In this document: piece after piece, positions 1 to 9,958 of the stretch | How positions within the stretch are numbered: position 1 is the first letter of the stretch | Layout: each line of letters opens with the position of its first letter | From: OCS155 cluster bacterium AG-426-D23 | GTDB taxonomy: Bacteria > Actinomycetota > Acidimicrobiia > Actinomarinales > Actinomarinaceae | Length of the DNA: 64,000 nt | Reading direction: 5' to 3' | Assembly (NCBI GenBank): GCA_003213165.1 | Contig: QCNO01000001.1 | Location: 202,068-266,067 of the forward strand | The notes under the pieces: model-generated | The model's database searches: none | Seen by the model: only the letters and a program-made list of their open reading frames with translations | Told to the model about the DNA's origin: nothing | Made by a program: the position numbers and the translations under genes

Positions 1-2
1 AT

Positions 3-473
3 CATCATATAAGTTTGCTGGCAGATGTAAAAGACTCAAAAAAATTGTCTCCAAAAAAAAGGAATTCTATTTTTGAATTAGTTCAGAAAAATGAAATTGA
101 ATTCTCCTACATGGAACGTGATAACAAATTTATAGATCTTTATGGAATAAAATTGGCAAATGAAAAAGTTTTAGAGGATTCTATTTCTTCAATATTCCAT
201 CATGGAGATATTGTATATGTTGATCATTTTAAGATATCAAAATTTAATGCTGTTTCACTTATTAGAGGTGAAGATAATTGTAGGCCTATCGCTCTTGCAA
301 GTATTATTGCAAAAGTTCTTAGAGACAAATTTATGGTTGAGATATCAAATAAGTATAACAAATATGCATTCGAAAAAAACAAAGGTTATGGAACTAAAGA
401 GCATAGATTAGCTATTCAAAAATATGGTCTTTCAGATATTCATCGTAAATCTTTTAACTTAATGCCCAAATGA
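3..473 (+). CDS. rnhB: Ribonuclease HII (5'-truncated by window edge)
   Basis: Frame is open from base 3. DSKKLSPKKR, IALASIIAKVLRD, KGYGTKEH and HRKSF are RNase HII motifs. Confidence 0.92.
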   Translation, partial: HHISLLADVKDSKKLSPKKRNSIFELVQKNEIEFSYMERDNKFIDLYGIKLANEKVLEDSISSIFHHGDIVYVDHFKISKFNAVSLIRGEDNCRPIALASIIAKVLRDKFMVEISNKYNKYAFEKNKGYGTKEHRLAIQKYGLSDIHRKSFNLMPK

Positions 474-561
474 CAACAATAATAGTAAGTAACAACGCTG
501 CAATAATATTTAAGTAGTCTGTCTTATTAGCTTTGTAAGGTTTGTTCGGATCAAATCCCAT
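454..561 (-). CDS. Small 35-aa single-TM membrane protein (not in ORF track)
   Basis: ATG at 561; MGFDPNKPYKANKTDYLNIIAALLLTIIVVIWALS*; TAGAAT -10 lies 6 nt upstream of the ATG (568-573). Confidence 0.6.
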   Translation of the reverse strand: MGFDPNKPYKANKTDYLNIIAALLLTIIVVIWALS

Positions 562-599
562 AACTACATTCTAAATAGATTTGTATTAAACTTTCTTAT

Positions 600-1355
600 A
601 TGACACTTGAATCAAATATCGTAAACGAGATTAAATTTTTACAATTCAATGATGAAAAAGCTCGTAACGCTATAAGTGCAGAAGATTGGATAAATCTACA
701 AGAAGAAATTGAATCATTTGAAAATAGTGACTTAAAGTACTTAGTCATAAAGCATATTAATGGAAACTATTCTGCAGGTGCTCAGTTGGGAGAGACTGTC
801 AGTGCGCTAATGGATGATGTTTCAAAAGCTGCTGTAAAAATGTGGAATTGTAAAAAACCGATTATTTCACTTGTTGATGGAATTGCAGCTGGTGCTGGAG
901 CAAACATGATGCTTTTAAGCGATTTTATTATTGCTACACCTGAAACAAGATTTATTGAGGTTTTTGTTAGAAGAGGATTAGTTGTTGATTTTGGAGGTTC
1001 TTGGGTATTGCCAAGAATAATTGGCATACAAAAAGCAAAAGAATTAATGATGACATCGAATGAAATTAATGGTGAAGAATTAAACAAATTGGGAGTTTTG
1101 TACAAACTTACTAACGCTGAAAATATGGACACTGTATTTAAAGAATTAATAGAAAAATTAAATGAACAAAGTTTTATATCTATTTGTATGGTTAAACAAC
1201 AAATTAGAGATGGATTAAATTTAACTTTTGAGAAATCAATAGAAAATGAAACTGTAAATCAAAATAGTAGATTTCAACACCAAGATGTTGTAGAAGGAAT
1301 GACTGCTTTTTTTGAAAAAAGGCAACCAAATTATAAAAATACATTAGATGAATAA
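600..1355 (+). CDS. Enoyl-CoA hydratase/isomerase family protein
   Basis: KARNAI, YSAGAQL, VDGIAAGAGANMMLLSDFIIA and LPRIIG are crotonase-fold motifs. Confidence 0.9.
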   Translation: MTLESNIVNEIKFLQFNDEKARNAISAEDWINLQEEIESFENSDLKYLVIKHINGNYSAGAQLGETVSALMDDVSKAAVKMWNCKKPIISLVDGIAAGAGANMMLLSDFIIATPETRFIEVFVRRGLVVDFGGSWVLPRIIGIQKAKELMMTSNEINGEELNKLGVLYKLTNAENMDTVFKELIEKLNEQSFISICMVKQQIRDGLNLTFEKSIENETVNQNSRFQHQDVVEGMTAFFEKRQPNYKNTLDE

Positions 1356-1429
1356 AATTATTGAATAAAAATTCATTTATTTGTATATTTATGCAATACT
1401 TTAAACTTAAGACACTGGAGGTTTATTAA

Positions 1430-2326
1430 GTGAAAACAAAAAAATCACTCCTGTTAATTTTTATTTTAGCAATGGTCGCTGCAGCTTGTTCAACAACAGC
1501 AGTTCCTTGTGATGAAGTAGAAATTACTACTGGAGAAAATGGATTACCTGATTTGGGTGGTTGTGAATTTACATTTGCAGTAGAAAATGCATATTTACCA
1601 TTCAACTATATTGATGCATCTGATGGTGTAGCAAAAGGTTGGGATTATGATGTATTTAATCATATGGGGGAACTGATGAATTTTGTCCCTGTGTATGTAC
1701 CAGCAGCGTGGGATGGAATGATTCAAGCCGTAGCTGATGGACAATTTATGGTCGCTGGTGATGGAATCACAATTACCGAAGAAAGAGACAAAATTATTGA
1801 TTTCTCTGATGGTTACATAAATCTTGCTCAAAGAGTGCTTGTAGCAGTTGGTAATGACGATATTAAAAGCATTGATGATCTTAAAAGTGGAGATTACATA
1901 GTTGCAACACAAAAAGGAACTACAAACTATGAGTTTGCAGTTGCTGAATTAGGCGAAGACAAAGTTAAAGCATTTGATGATTTTAACTTTGCAATTCAAG
2001 CTGTAATTTCTGGTGATGCAGATGCATCAATTATCGATGAAACTGCTGGTTTAGGTTATATGGGTGCAAATAAAGACCAAGTTAAATTGGTAGGTGGAGA
2101 TTTGACATCTGAACAATTAGGATTCGCTTTTCCAAATGGAAGTCCATTGGTAGATGTTGTTAATCAAGGCCTTGCAGCTATGGAGGAAAGTGGAAAACTT
2201 GCAGAAATTAATGCAAAGTTCTTTTCACCAGATTTCTCAGTAACTTATGATGATATAGCAGAGTGTGATGAAAACATTCCTGAAGAATATCTTCCTGAAG
2301 GTTGCGATCCGGGAAGTGATGGTTAA
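1430..2326 (+). CDS. Polar amino-acid ABC transporter substrate-binding lipoprotein (SBP family 3)
   Basis: Lipobox AAAC; AYLPF..GWDYD, AWDGMIQAV, ITITEERDKIIDFSDGY; SD GGAGGT upstream of GTG. Confidence 0.9.
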   Translation: MKTKKSLLLIFILAMVAAACSTTAVPCDEVEITTGENGLPDLGGCEFTFAVENAYLPFNYIDASDGVAKGWDYDVFNHMGELMNFVPVYVPAAWDGMIQAVADGQFMVAGDGITITEERDKIIDFSDGYINLAQRVLVAVGNDDIKSIDDLKSGDYIVATQKGTTNYEFAVAELGEDKVKAFDDFNFAIQAVISGDADASIIDETAGLGYMGANKDQVKLVGGDLTSEQLGFAFPNGSPLVDVVNQGLAAMEESGKLAEINAKFFSPDFSVTYDDIAECDENIPEEYLPEGCDPGSDG

Positions 2327-2355
2327 GTAACTTAATTACTTATATATTAATTTGT

Positions 2356-2381
2356 AATAGGCACGGAAAACCGTGCCTATT
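2356..2381 (+). terminator. Strong stem-loop between SBP and permease genes (attenuating or mRNA-stabilising)
   Basis: AATAGGCACGG-AAAA-CCGTGCCTATT is a perfect 11-bp stem followed by GCTTTATT. Confidence 0.7.
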
Positions 2382-2402
2382 GCTTTATTATTAGAAAAAA
2401 GC

Positions 2403-3158
2403 ATGAAAGTTAAAAATTTATTCAAGCCAGATAATTGGTGGCTCTTGATATTGATTGGAATTATAGCATGGATGATATATGTCATATTTTCAAACCCAGA
2501 ATACAACAAAGCATTTTATTTTATTCTTCCTGGACTTTCGATAACATTTCTATCAACAATTATTTCATTTGTTATCGCTTTATTCTTAGGTCTTATATCT
2601 GGCATTGGTCGCATCTCAGATAACAAAATAGCGAGTACAATCTCAAGAACATATATTGAGTTCATAAGAGGTGTTCCTGTATTAATTTTGATTTTTACAA
2701 TTGCTTTTGTAGTTGTTGTTAGAGGTGCTGAATTTTTTAACATTAATAACGGTAATGTACCAATGCTCGTGAGAGCAATAATTGCTTTGTCAGTATTTTA
2801 TGGTGCATATATTGCAGAAGTTTTTAGAGCTGGAATTGAATCAGTTAATGTTGGACAGCGAGAGGGTGGTGCATCACTTGGGTTAACAGACAGACAAGTG
2901 ATGAGATTTATTGTGCTCCCACAAGCTTTTAGAAATATGCTTCCAGCTTTAGGAAATGACTTTATATCAATGATGAAAGATTCTTCATTATTATCAGTAT
3001 TAGCAGTTGAAGATTTAACTTACAGAGGAAGATTGTATTCAGGAAGCACATTTAGATTTGCAGAAACCTACTTGGTGCTTACAGTTTTATATCTAATAAT
3101 TACTCTGATATTGTCTGGATTACAAAGAAGGCTTGAAAAAAGACTTGAATCTAAATAA
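2403..3158 (+). CDS. Polar amino-acid ABC transporter permease (HisM/GlnP type)
   Basis: [38 protein letters not shown] (EAA loop), [12 protein letters not shown] 2403 is preferred to GTG 2373, which lies inside the hairpin. Confidence 0.9.
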   Translation: MKVKNLFKPDNWWLLILIGIIAWMIYVIFSNPEYNKAFYFILPGLSITFLSTIISFVIALFLGLISGIGRISDNKIASTISRTYIEFIRGVPVLILIFTIAFVVVVRGAEFFNINNGNVPMLVRAIIALSVFYGAYIAEVFRAGIESVNVGQREGGASLGLTDRQVMRFIVLPQAFRNMLPALGNDFISMMKDSSLLSVLAVEDLTYRGRLYSGSTFRFAETYLVLTVLYLIITLILSGLQRRLEKRLESK

Positions 3159-4002
3159 TCAACTAGACAGAGAAAACATTATTAAAGAATATTTAATTTA
3201 TATTAAGGATGTTAAAAATTACTCACCCAATACCGTTAAGTCATACAAGTCTGATATAAATCACTATATTAAAAATAGTCAAAAAATTGGAGAATTCTCT
3301 GATTACCTTAGACAGCTAAATAAGAATCAATACTCAAAAACTTCCATAAATAGAAAAATCACATCAATAAATTTATTTTTATCTTGGGCAGTTGAAAACA
3401 ATTATCTTAACAAAAATAAAATTAAAAAAGTTAAAAGTCTTAAGGTTGAAAAAAAATTACCAAATGTTTTAACTTCCTCATACATTAATAATCTCTTGGA
3501 TAACCTTCCTGAATTTTCTGAAAAGGATTTGAGGGATAAAGCTATTTTAGAGCTCATGTATTCATCCGGTTTAAGAGTAAGCGAAGTATCAAATTTGAAT
3601 ACAAACAGTATAAACAATAACAACTCTGTCAGAGTTATTGGGAAGGGAAGTAAGGAAAGAGTATTGCCAATAACAGGTAGAGCTTTTAAATGCTTAAAAA
3701 AATATATTGAAATCTCAAGACCAAAATTAGAAAATGAGAAATCAAATTCTTACCTTTTTCTTGGAATTCGGGGCGGGCAATTAAGTGATAGAGAAATTAG
3801 AAGAATTGTTAAATTAAGAACCGGAACATTCCCGCACAGTATTAGACATACTTTTGCGACTCATTTATTAGAAGGTGGTGCAGACTTGAGAATTGTGCAA
3901 GAACTTCTTGGGCATAATGATCCTGCTACAACACAAATATATACACATGTTTCAAAGAAGCAATTACAAAAAAAATACAAACAATCTCATCCGAGAGGTT
4001 GA
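3133..4002 (+). CDS. xerC: Tyrosine recombinase XerC-like
   Basis: [36 protein letters not shown] give the catalytic R-K-H-R-H-Y set; the position upstream of rpsB is typical of actinobacterial xerC. Start uncertain. Confidence 0.85.
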   Translation: MKKDLNLNNQLDRENIIKEYLIYIKDVKNYSPNTVKSYKSDINHYIKNSQKIGEFSDYLRQLNKNQYSKTSINRKITSINLFLSWAVENNYLNKNKIKKVKSLKVEKKLPNVLTSSYINNLLDNLPEFSEKDLRDKAILELMYSSGLRVSEVSNLNTNSINNNNSVRVIGKGSKERVLPITGRAFKCLKKYIEISRPKLENEKSNSYLFLGIRGGQLSDREIRRIVKLRTGTFPHSIRHTFATHLLEGGADLRIVQELLGHNDPATTQIYTHVSKKQLQKKYKQSHPRG

Positions 4003-4040
4003 ATAATATTTGTTTGATATTAGAATTTGAAAGAAAATAG

Positions 4041-4105
4041 ACACCATATTTGCAAGTTTCCTTGGTGAACGAAAGTTTGGAAACCGCTTAGGCATGAAAT
4101 ATGGG
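4041..4105 (+). promoter_or_regulatory. Structured rpsB 5' leader (putative S2 autoregulatory element)
   Basis: CCATATTT(4044-51)/AAATATGG(4097-104), GTTTCC(4056-61)/GGAAAC(4079-84), apical AAC-GAAA-GTT with a GNRA loop; TAGAAT at 4021-26 upstream. Confidence 0.55.
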
Positions 4106-4128
4106 ATGAAATAACCAAAGGAGAAACA

Positions 4129-4839
4129 TTGAGTACAACAATGAAAGAGCTGCTGGAAGCAGGTGTACATTTTGGTCATCAAACACAAAGATGGAATCCC
4201 AAAATGGACAAATTTATATATGGCGCTAAAAGCGGTGTTCATATTTTAGATCTAAGAATCACTTATGATGCAATCGAACAAGCTCAAGAATACGTACAAA
4301 AGACAGTTGCAAATAGTGGAAAAATTTTATTTGTTGGAACCAAACCACAAGCTCAACAAGTGATTGAAGACCAAGCTCTGCGTGCTGGAATGCCTTACGT
4401 TAATTTCAGATGGTTGGGCGGTATGCTTACAAACTTCAAAACAATTATCAAAAGAGTTGTTTACTTAAAAGAATTAAAGTCATTAGAGTCATCAGGTGAA
4501 ATAAATGCATACACAAAATCTGAAAGGCTTCGAATCAAAAGAGAAATTGAAAAACTCACAAAATCAATTGGTGGAATTGTCAATTTAAACAAACTTCCAG
4601 ACGCGATCTTTGTTGTAGATCTTGCAAACGAATCAACCGCCATAACAGAAGCACAAAAATTAGGCATTCCTGTTATTGGTTTAGCAGACTCAAATGTAGA
4701 CCCTGAAGGAGTCGAAATTGTAATTCCTGGTAACGACGATGCGATCAGGTCAATTGAATTAATTGCTTCTGCAATTGCTGATGCATGTCTAAAAGGCTCA
4801 GGAAAAAGAAGTGAAGTAGAGAATAAGGAGAACGAATAA
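4129..4839 (+). CDS. rpsB: 30S ribosomal protein S2
   Basis: MKELLEAGVHFGHQT.RWNPKM, RWLGGMLTNF, IPGNDDAIRS; SD AAGGAG. Confidence 0.99.
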   Translation: MSTTMKELLEAGVHFGHQTQRWNPKMDKFIYGAKSGVHILDLRITYDAIEQAQEYVQKTVANSGKILFVGTKPQAQQVIEDQALRAGMPYVNFRWLGGMLTNFKTIIKRVVYLKELKSLESSGEINAYTKSERLRIKREIEKLTKSIGGIVNLNKLPDAIFVVDLANESTAITEAQKLGIPVIGLADSNVDPEGVEIVIPGNDDAIRSIELIASAIADACLKGSGKRSEVENKENE

Positions 4840-5447
4840 TGTCAATTTCAGCAGCTGATGTGAAAAAATTACGCGACATGACTGGTGCTGGAATGATGGA
4901 TGCCAAAAAAGCCCTTTCAGAAACTGATGGAGATTTCGATAGTGCTGTTAAGTATCTGAGAGAAAAAGGTCTAGCAGACTCAAAAAAACGAGCGGATAAA
5001 GAGGCCAATCAGGGAACAATTGGTGATTATATACATTTCCAACAAGATAGAGCTGTTGCAGGTGTTCTTGTTGAGCTTGCCTGTGAAACTGATTTTGTAG
5101 CTAAATCAGAAGAATTCAAGAATGTTGCTAAGCAGGTGGCAATGCACATTGCAGCTTTAAAACCTGAATTCTTAAATGTCGAAGATGTGCCTGAAGAAAG
5201 AATTGATGAAGAAAAAGAGATTATCGAAAAGCAATCCGAAAATGATGGAAAGCCATCTGATGTTATATCAAAAATTGTTGAAGGGAAAATATCATCTTTT
5301 TATAAAGACAATGTTTTAAATGAGCAAACTTTTTGTAACCCAGAATTTTATGAAGGTCAAGTTGGTACAATGATAGAAGAGCTTTCAGGTAAATTAGGCG
5401 AAAAAATTTACATTAAGAAGTTTTCAAGAATTGAGGTTGGTACATAA
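4839..5447 (+). CDS. tsf: Elongation factor Ts (short form)
   Basis: VKKLRDMTGAGMMDAKKAL, ELACETDFVA. Confidence 0.98.
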   Translation: MSISAADVKKLRDMTGAGMMDAKKALSETDGDFDSAVKYLREKGLADSKKRADKEANQGTIGDYIHFQQDRAVAGVLVELACETDFVAKSEEFKNVAKQVAMHIAALKPEFLNVEDVPEERIDEEKEIIEKQSENDGKPSDVISKIVEGKISSFYKDNVLNEQTFCNPEFYEGQVGTMIEELSGKLGEKIYIKKFSRIEVGT

Positions 5448-5449
5448 TA

Positions 5450-6151
5450 ATGACTAGGGTTCTACTAAAACTGTCTGGAGAATCCTTTGCCAATCCCAAT
5501 ACTAATTTTGGTATTGATCCAAAAGTTATTGAAAGAATAGCTTCTGAGATAACTAAAGCGAATAATGAGAATATACAAATAGGTGTTGTAGTTGGTGGTG
5601 GCAATTTTTTTAGAGGAGTACAAGAATCGGCTAAAAATATGGCACAAGCAAATGCAGATTATATGGGAATGTTAGCTACAGTTATCAATGCAGTTGCTCT
5701 AAAAGATGCATTAGATAAAAATGGTACACAAACGAGAGTTCAATCAGCTATAACAATGACTTCAGTTGCCGAACCGTATATTAGACTACGAGCAATTAGA
5801 CATCTTGAAAAAGGTAGAGTTGTAATTTTTGCTGCAGGTACGGGTAATCCGTATTTTACGACAGATACTGCGGCTTCTCTAAGAGCAGCAGAGATAGAAG
5901 CAGATTTAATGTTGAAATCAACCAGAGTTGAAGGTGTTTTCAACAATGATCCAGAAGTTGATGATAAAGCAGAATTGTTTAATGAAATCTCATACAAGGA
6001 TGTAGTGTCTAGCAAATTAAAAGTTATGGATTTAACCGCTATAACTTTATGTGAAGAGAATGAAATGCCTATAAGAGTATTTGATGGAACTAAAGATCAG
6101 AATATCTACAAAGCTCTTACCGGAGAACAGCTGGGAACTTTAATTAAATAA
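5450..6151 (+). CDS. pyrH: UMP kinase
   Basis: RVLLKLSGE, VVGGGNFFRG, GTGNPYFTTDT, VMDLTA. Confidence 0.98.
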   Translation: MTRVLLKLSGESFANPNTNFGIDPKVIERIASEITKANNENIQIGVVVGGGNFFRGVQESAKNMAQANADYMGMLATVINAVALKDALDKNGTQTRVQSAITMTSVAEPYIRLRAIRHLEKGRVVIFAAGTGNPYFTTDTAASLRAAEIEADLMLKSTRVEGVFNNDPEVDDKAELFNEISYKDVVSSKLKVMDLTAITLCEENEMPIRVFDGTKDQNIYKALTGEQLGTLIK

Positions 6152-6702
6152 TGAGTGAAAAACTTATAAAAGATGTTGAGCAAAAAATGATTAATTCAAT
6201 AAATCATCTAATAGATGAATTTTCAACAATAAGAACAGGAAGAGCAAATCCATCATTAGTGGATAAATTGAATGTCGAATATTATGGTACAAAGACACCT
6301 CTACAGCAACTCGCAACAATATCTGTTCCAGATCCTAAATTGTTAGTTATACAACCTTTCGACAAAACAGCTTTAGAAGAAATAGAAAAATCAGTTTTAA
6401 ATTCAGATATTGGATTAAATCCAACAAATGATGGAGAAGTAATTCGTATACCAATACCTACACTATCGGAAGAAAGAAGAAAAGAGCTTGGTAAAGTAGC
6501 ATCTAAATCATCAGAAGATGCAAAAGTTTCAGTAAGATCACACAGAAGATTTGGTATTGATGAAATCGCAAAATTAAAAGATGAAAATTCCGCTGATGAA
6601 ATAAAAAGGCTTGAATTAAAAGTACAAGAATTGACTGATAAGTTTGTAAATAAAATAGATGAATTACTTTTGGTAAAGCAAAATGAATTACTTGAGGTAT
6701 AA
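6151..6702 (+). CDS. frr: Ribosome recycling factor
   Basis: IRTGRANPS, YYGTKTPL, IGLNPTNDG, LSEERRKEL. Confidence 0.98.
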   Translation: MSEKLIKDVEQKMINSINHLIDEFSTIRTGRANPSLVDKLNVEYYGTKTPLQQLATISVPDPKLLVIQPFDKTALEEIEKSVLNSDIGLNPTNDGEVIRIPIPTLSEERRKELGKVASKSSEDAKVSVRSHRRFGIDEIAKLKDENSADEIKRLELKVQELTDKFVNKIDELLLVKQNELLEV

Positions 6703-7600
6703 AAAATTATATCAATCAGATAATGATGGAACGTTCTGGCCTGGATATGTTGAACTTCCTGATGAAGATGACTCCTCTCAAATAAATAAGGACCAAGAAG
6801 AGGGAACATTTTTTTCGACAAATCCAAGAATTGTGACTGGTATAGTATTGCTAATTCTTGTTGCAGTAATGTTTATAAATAACACCTCTGCATTGATTTT
6901 GCTAATTATTGTCTCTCTTTTAGCAACAAAAGAATGGTTTGATATGTTTGAATACGGGCAAATACTTCCATACCCATTATTACTTTATGCTTCACTTGCT
7001 CCTTTACTTGTTGTCTATTTCTTTGGTTTAAACAACTTTCACGTTCCATATTTGATATTTCCCATAGGTGTGATTATTTATACTGGAACTTTTGTAAATT
7101 ATGGAGTTTATGATAAATTCGGTAGCTCATTTTTGTTTCTTATTTGGTTTGGTACGGGTTTGGCATCAATTGGATTTATTTTAAATAATTTTGGATCTTT
7201 ATTTACTTTTCTCTTGTTAATTTCAATTTCAATAAATGATGTTTTCGCATATGAGTTTGGGAAAAGATATGGCAAAAGAAAGCTTTCAAAAAATATCTCA
7301 CCCAACAAAACAGTAGAAGGATTTGCTGCTGGAATGTTCATTGGGACTGTGGTTGTTTTCTTTATGTTTAATTATTTTTTAGATATTACTTTTTTGCAAA
7401 AAATATTAATTTCCTTTTTATTTATTATATTTGGAACCTTAGGAGACTTATTTGAATCAAAAATAAAACGCTCTATTGAACTTAAAGATACAAGCACTTT
7501 ATTGCCTGGGCATGGTGGTGTACTAGATAGAATTGATTCACAATTACTAAGTTTTCCAATTCTTGTCCTATTCGTACATTTTTTAGATTTAATCCAATAA
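6683..7600 (+). CDS. cdsA: Phosphatidate cytidylyltransferase
   Basis: ISPNKTVEG, GDLFESKIKR, KDTSTLLPGHGGVLDRIDS; acidic N-terminal extension, start uncertain. Confidence 0.93.
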   Translation: MNYLRYKKLYQSDNDGTFWPGYVELPDEDDSSQINKDQEEGTFFSTNPRIVTGIVLLILVAVMFINNTSALILLIIVSLLATKEWFDMFEYGQILPYPLLLYASLAPLLVVYFFGLNNFHVPYLIFPIGVIIYTGTFVNYGVYDKFGSSFLFLIWFGTGLASIGFILNNFGSLFTFLLLISISINDVFAYEFGKRYGKRKLSKNISPNKTVEGFAAGMFIGTVVVFFMFNYFLDITFLQKILISFLFIIFGTLGDLFESKIKRSIELKDTSTLLPGHGGVLDRIDSQLLSFPILVLFVHFLDLIQ

Positions 7601-7616
7601 GTGTAATAATTAATAT

Positions 7617-8720
7617 ATGAATGCTGTTTTAACTATTTTGTTACTTACTTTGTTTGTAGTGCTGCACGAGTTAGGTCATTACATTTCCGCAAAAAGATCA
7701 AAAATTGCAGTATCAGAGTTTTTTGTTGGTTTTGGACCAAAAATATTTTCTTTCAAAAGAAACAATACTGAATATGGACTAAAAGCTATTTTGTTGGGTG
7801 GATATGTGAAAATACCAGGAATGGATGAAAACGAACCTGTATCAAACTATAAAAAAGAGGAATTGTTTCATACAGCATCTTGGAAAAAAAAGCTCTATAT
7901 TGCCTCCGCCGGAATATTGGTCAATTTTTTTCTCGCATGGATAATCTTATTTTCTATTTTTGCTTTTTATGGGATAGATCAACCTACGCTCGAAATAGCT
8001 ACTATTGGAAATTCGATATCCAATCCAAATGATGACTCTCCATCTAAAAAAGCAGGTCTGATGCCTGGAGATTTCATTTATTCATTTAACGGCTTGGAAG
8101 TAAAGAGTTGGGAAGAGTTAGTTTCAATTATTGAATTGAATCCTGAAAAAGATGTATCTATTGGATATATTAGGAATTCCCAGCTGTACTTGACAACCAC
8201 TAAATTGGAGTCAAGAAATTTAAATAATAAACCTTCAGGTTACTTGGGCGTATCACCTGTACTTGAGAGACAAACTCTTGGCTTACTTCAAGCTATACCT
8301 GCAACAACACTTGTAGAAATCGACATGACAAAGGCTGCTGTTAAAGGTATATTTACTTTATTCAATCCATCTACTCTTGGAGCTTTACTTGGTACTTACA
8401 TAGGTGAAGAAATTCCCGATGAAGTAAGACCTTTGAGTCCTATTGGTTTAGCACAAGCGGGAGACCAAATAGCTGAGGGAGGCTACGTAAATTTATTTAG
8501 CTTGCTTGCTTTTGTAAATATTTTCTTAGCTGTTTTCAATTCAATACCTTTAGTTCCATTAGATGGTGGAAGAGTTGTTCTAGCATTATATGAAGGAATA
8601 ACAGGTAAAAAGGTAGAAGATAAAAAATTATATCCAATAGCTGCTGTTGTTATTGTTATCTTTGTATTCTTAGGAATAACTGCATTTTATCTTGATATTA
8701 CGCAGCCGATAAGATTATGA
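7617..8720 (+). CDS. rseP: RIP metalloprotease RseP (M50, PDZ)
   Basis: LHELGH (HExxH), GGYVKIPGM, PDZ with AGLMPGD, FNSIPLVPLDGG. Confidence 0.93.
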   Translation: MNAVLTILLLTLFVVLHELGHYISAKRSKIAVSEFFVGFGPKIFSFKRNNTEYGLKAILLGGYVKIPGMDENEPVSNYKKEELFHTASWKKKLYIASAGILVNFFLAWIILFSIFAFYGIDQPTLEIATIGNSISNPNDDSPSKKAGLMPGDFIYSFNGLEVKSWEELVSIIELNPEKDVSIGYIRNSQLYLTTTKLESRNLNNKPSGYLGVSPVLERQTLGLLQAIPATTLVEIDMTKAAVKGIFTLFNPSTLGALLGTYIGEEIPDEVRPLSPIGLAQAGDQIAEGGYVNLFSLLAFVNIFLAVFNSIPLVPLDGGRVVLALYEGITGKKVEDKKLYPIAAVVIVIFVFLGITAFYLDITQPIRL

Positions 8721-9940
8721 AATTTAATAGAAGAAAAACACGACAAATTAAACTAGGAAAGGTTGGAGTTGGTTCTGACTTTCCTATATCTGTTCAATCT
8801 ATGACTACGACAAAGACCAAAGATGTGGAATCTACGCTCTCACAGATTTATGAACTTGCTTCTAATGGTGCTGATATTGTGAGAGTAACATGTAATGAAG
8901 TTGATGCTGCAACAGGATTGGTAGAAATTACTCAAAGAAGCCCAGTACCAGTTGTTGCCGATGTCCACTTCCAGTACAAATTAGCACTTGCAGCTATTGA
9001 TGCAGGAGTAAATGGCTTGAGACTTAACCCTGGAAATATTAGAAAAGAACAGCAAATTAAGGAAGTGGCTAAGGAAGCTTTGTCAGCAAGCATACCAATT
9101 CGAATCGGTGTTAACGGTGGTTCTCTTGATAAAGATTTACTTGAGAAATATGGTGATGCTACTCCGGAAGCTCTTGTTGAATCAGCACTAAAAGAATTAA
9201 AATATCTAGAAGATGTTAATTTCTATGATATAAAAATTTCAGTAAAACATTCTAACGTTCAACTAATGATTGAATCATATAGGCTATTAGCTGAAAAAGT
9301 TGACTATCCATTACACCTTGGTGTTACAGAAGCTGGACCATTACCCGGTGGATTAATTAAATCAACAGCAGGAATTGGTACTTTATTAAGCGAAGGAATT
9401 GGTGACACGATTCGTTATTCTTTGACAACTGATCCAGTCGAAGAAGCGAAAAGCGGTAGGGCATTGTTAGAGTATCTAGGACTCAGAGAAAGAAACTCTT
9501 TGGATTTAATTGCTTGTCCCAGTTGCGGAAGAGCCGAGGTGGATGTTATAAAAGTTGCAGAACAAGCTCAAGATGTATTAGATAATGAGAATATCCCATT
9601 ACAAGTTGCTGTTATGGGTTGTGTTGTCAATGGTCCTGGTGAAGCCAGATCTGCAGACTTAGGTATTGCAGCAGGGAAAAACAAGGGACACTTATTTATA
9701 AAAGGTGAGGTAGTAAGGGTAGTAAATGAAAATGAAATGGTAGATGCCTTACTATCAGAGGCAAGATTAATTGTTGAGCAGGGGATAGATGCAAGACTTG
9801 CAGCTGCAGATGAAAATGCAGCAGATATCGCACGTAAAGACGCAAACGACCTTATAAATTCTCAGGGAGATATAAATAAATTCTTAGAAAGAAAAAAATC
9901 AGTTGTGGAGATATCTGCAAATACTGATATTGAAAGTTAA
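8717..9940 (+). CDS. ispG: HMBPP synthase (MEP pathway)
   Basis: VQSMTTTKT, VADVHF, RLNPGNI, LHLGVTEAG, CPSCGR...GCVVNGPGE. Confidence 0.98.
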   Translation: MKFNRRKTRQIKLGKVGVGSDFPISVQSMTTTKTKDVESTLSQIYELASNGADIVRVTCNEVDAATGLVEITQRSPVPVVADVHFQYKLALAAIDAGVNGLRLNPGNIRKEQQIKEVAKEALSASIPIRIGVNGGSLDKDLLEKYGDATPEALVESALKELKYLEDVNFYDIKISVKHSNVQLMIESYRLLAEKVDYPLHLGVTEAGPLPGGLIKSTAGIGTLLSEGIGDTIRYSLTTDPVEEAKSGRALLEYLGLRERNSLDLIACPSCGRAEVDVIKVAEQAQDVLDNENIPLQVAVMGCVVNGPGEARSADLGIAAGKNKGHLFIKGEVVRVVNENEMVDALLSEARLIVEQGIDARLAAADENAADIARKDANDLINSQGDINKFLERKKSVVEISANTDIES

Positions 9941-9958
9941 AACCTTTAATATAAAGAC

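Noticed and set aside
3133-4002. Tyrosine recombinase as a prophage/island integrase
   Set aside because: Size, motifs and position upstream of rpsB match housekeeping XerC; no att sites or phage genes.
4067-4079. GAACGAAAGTTT resembling an SOS box upstream of rpsB
   Set aside because: It mismatches the GTTC half-site and is better explained as a GNRA-capped hairpin in the S2 leader.
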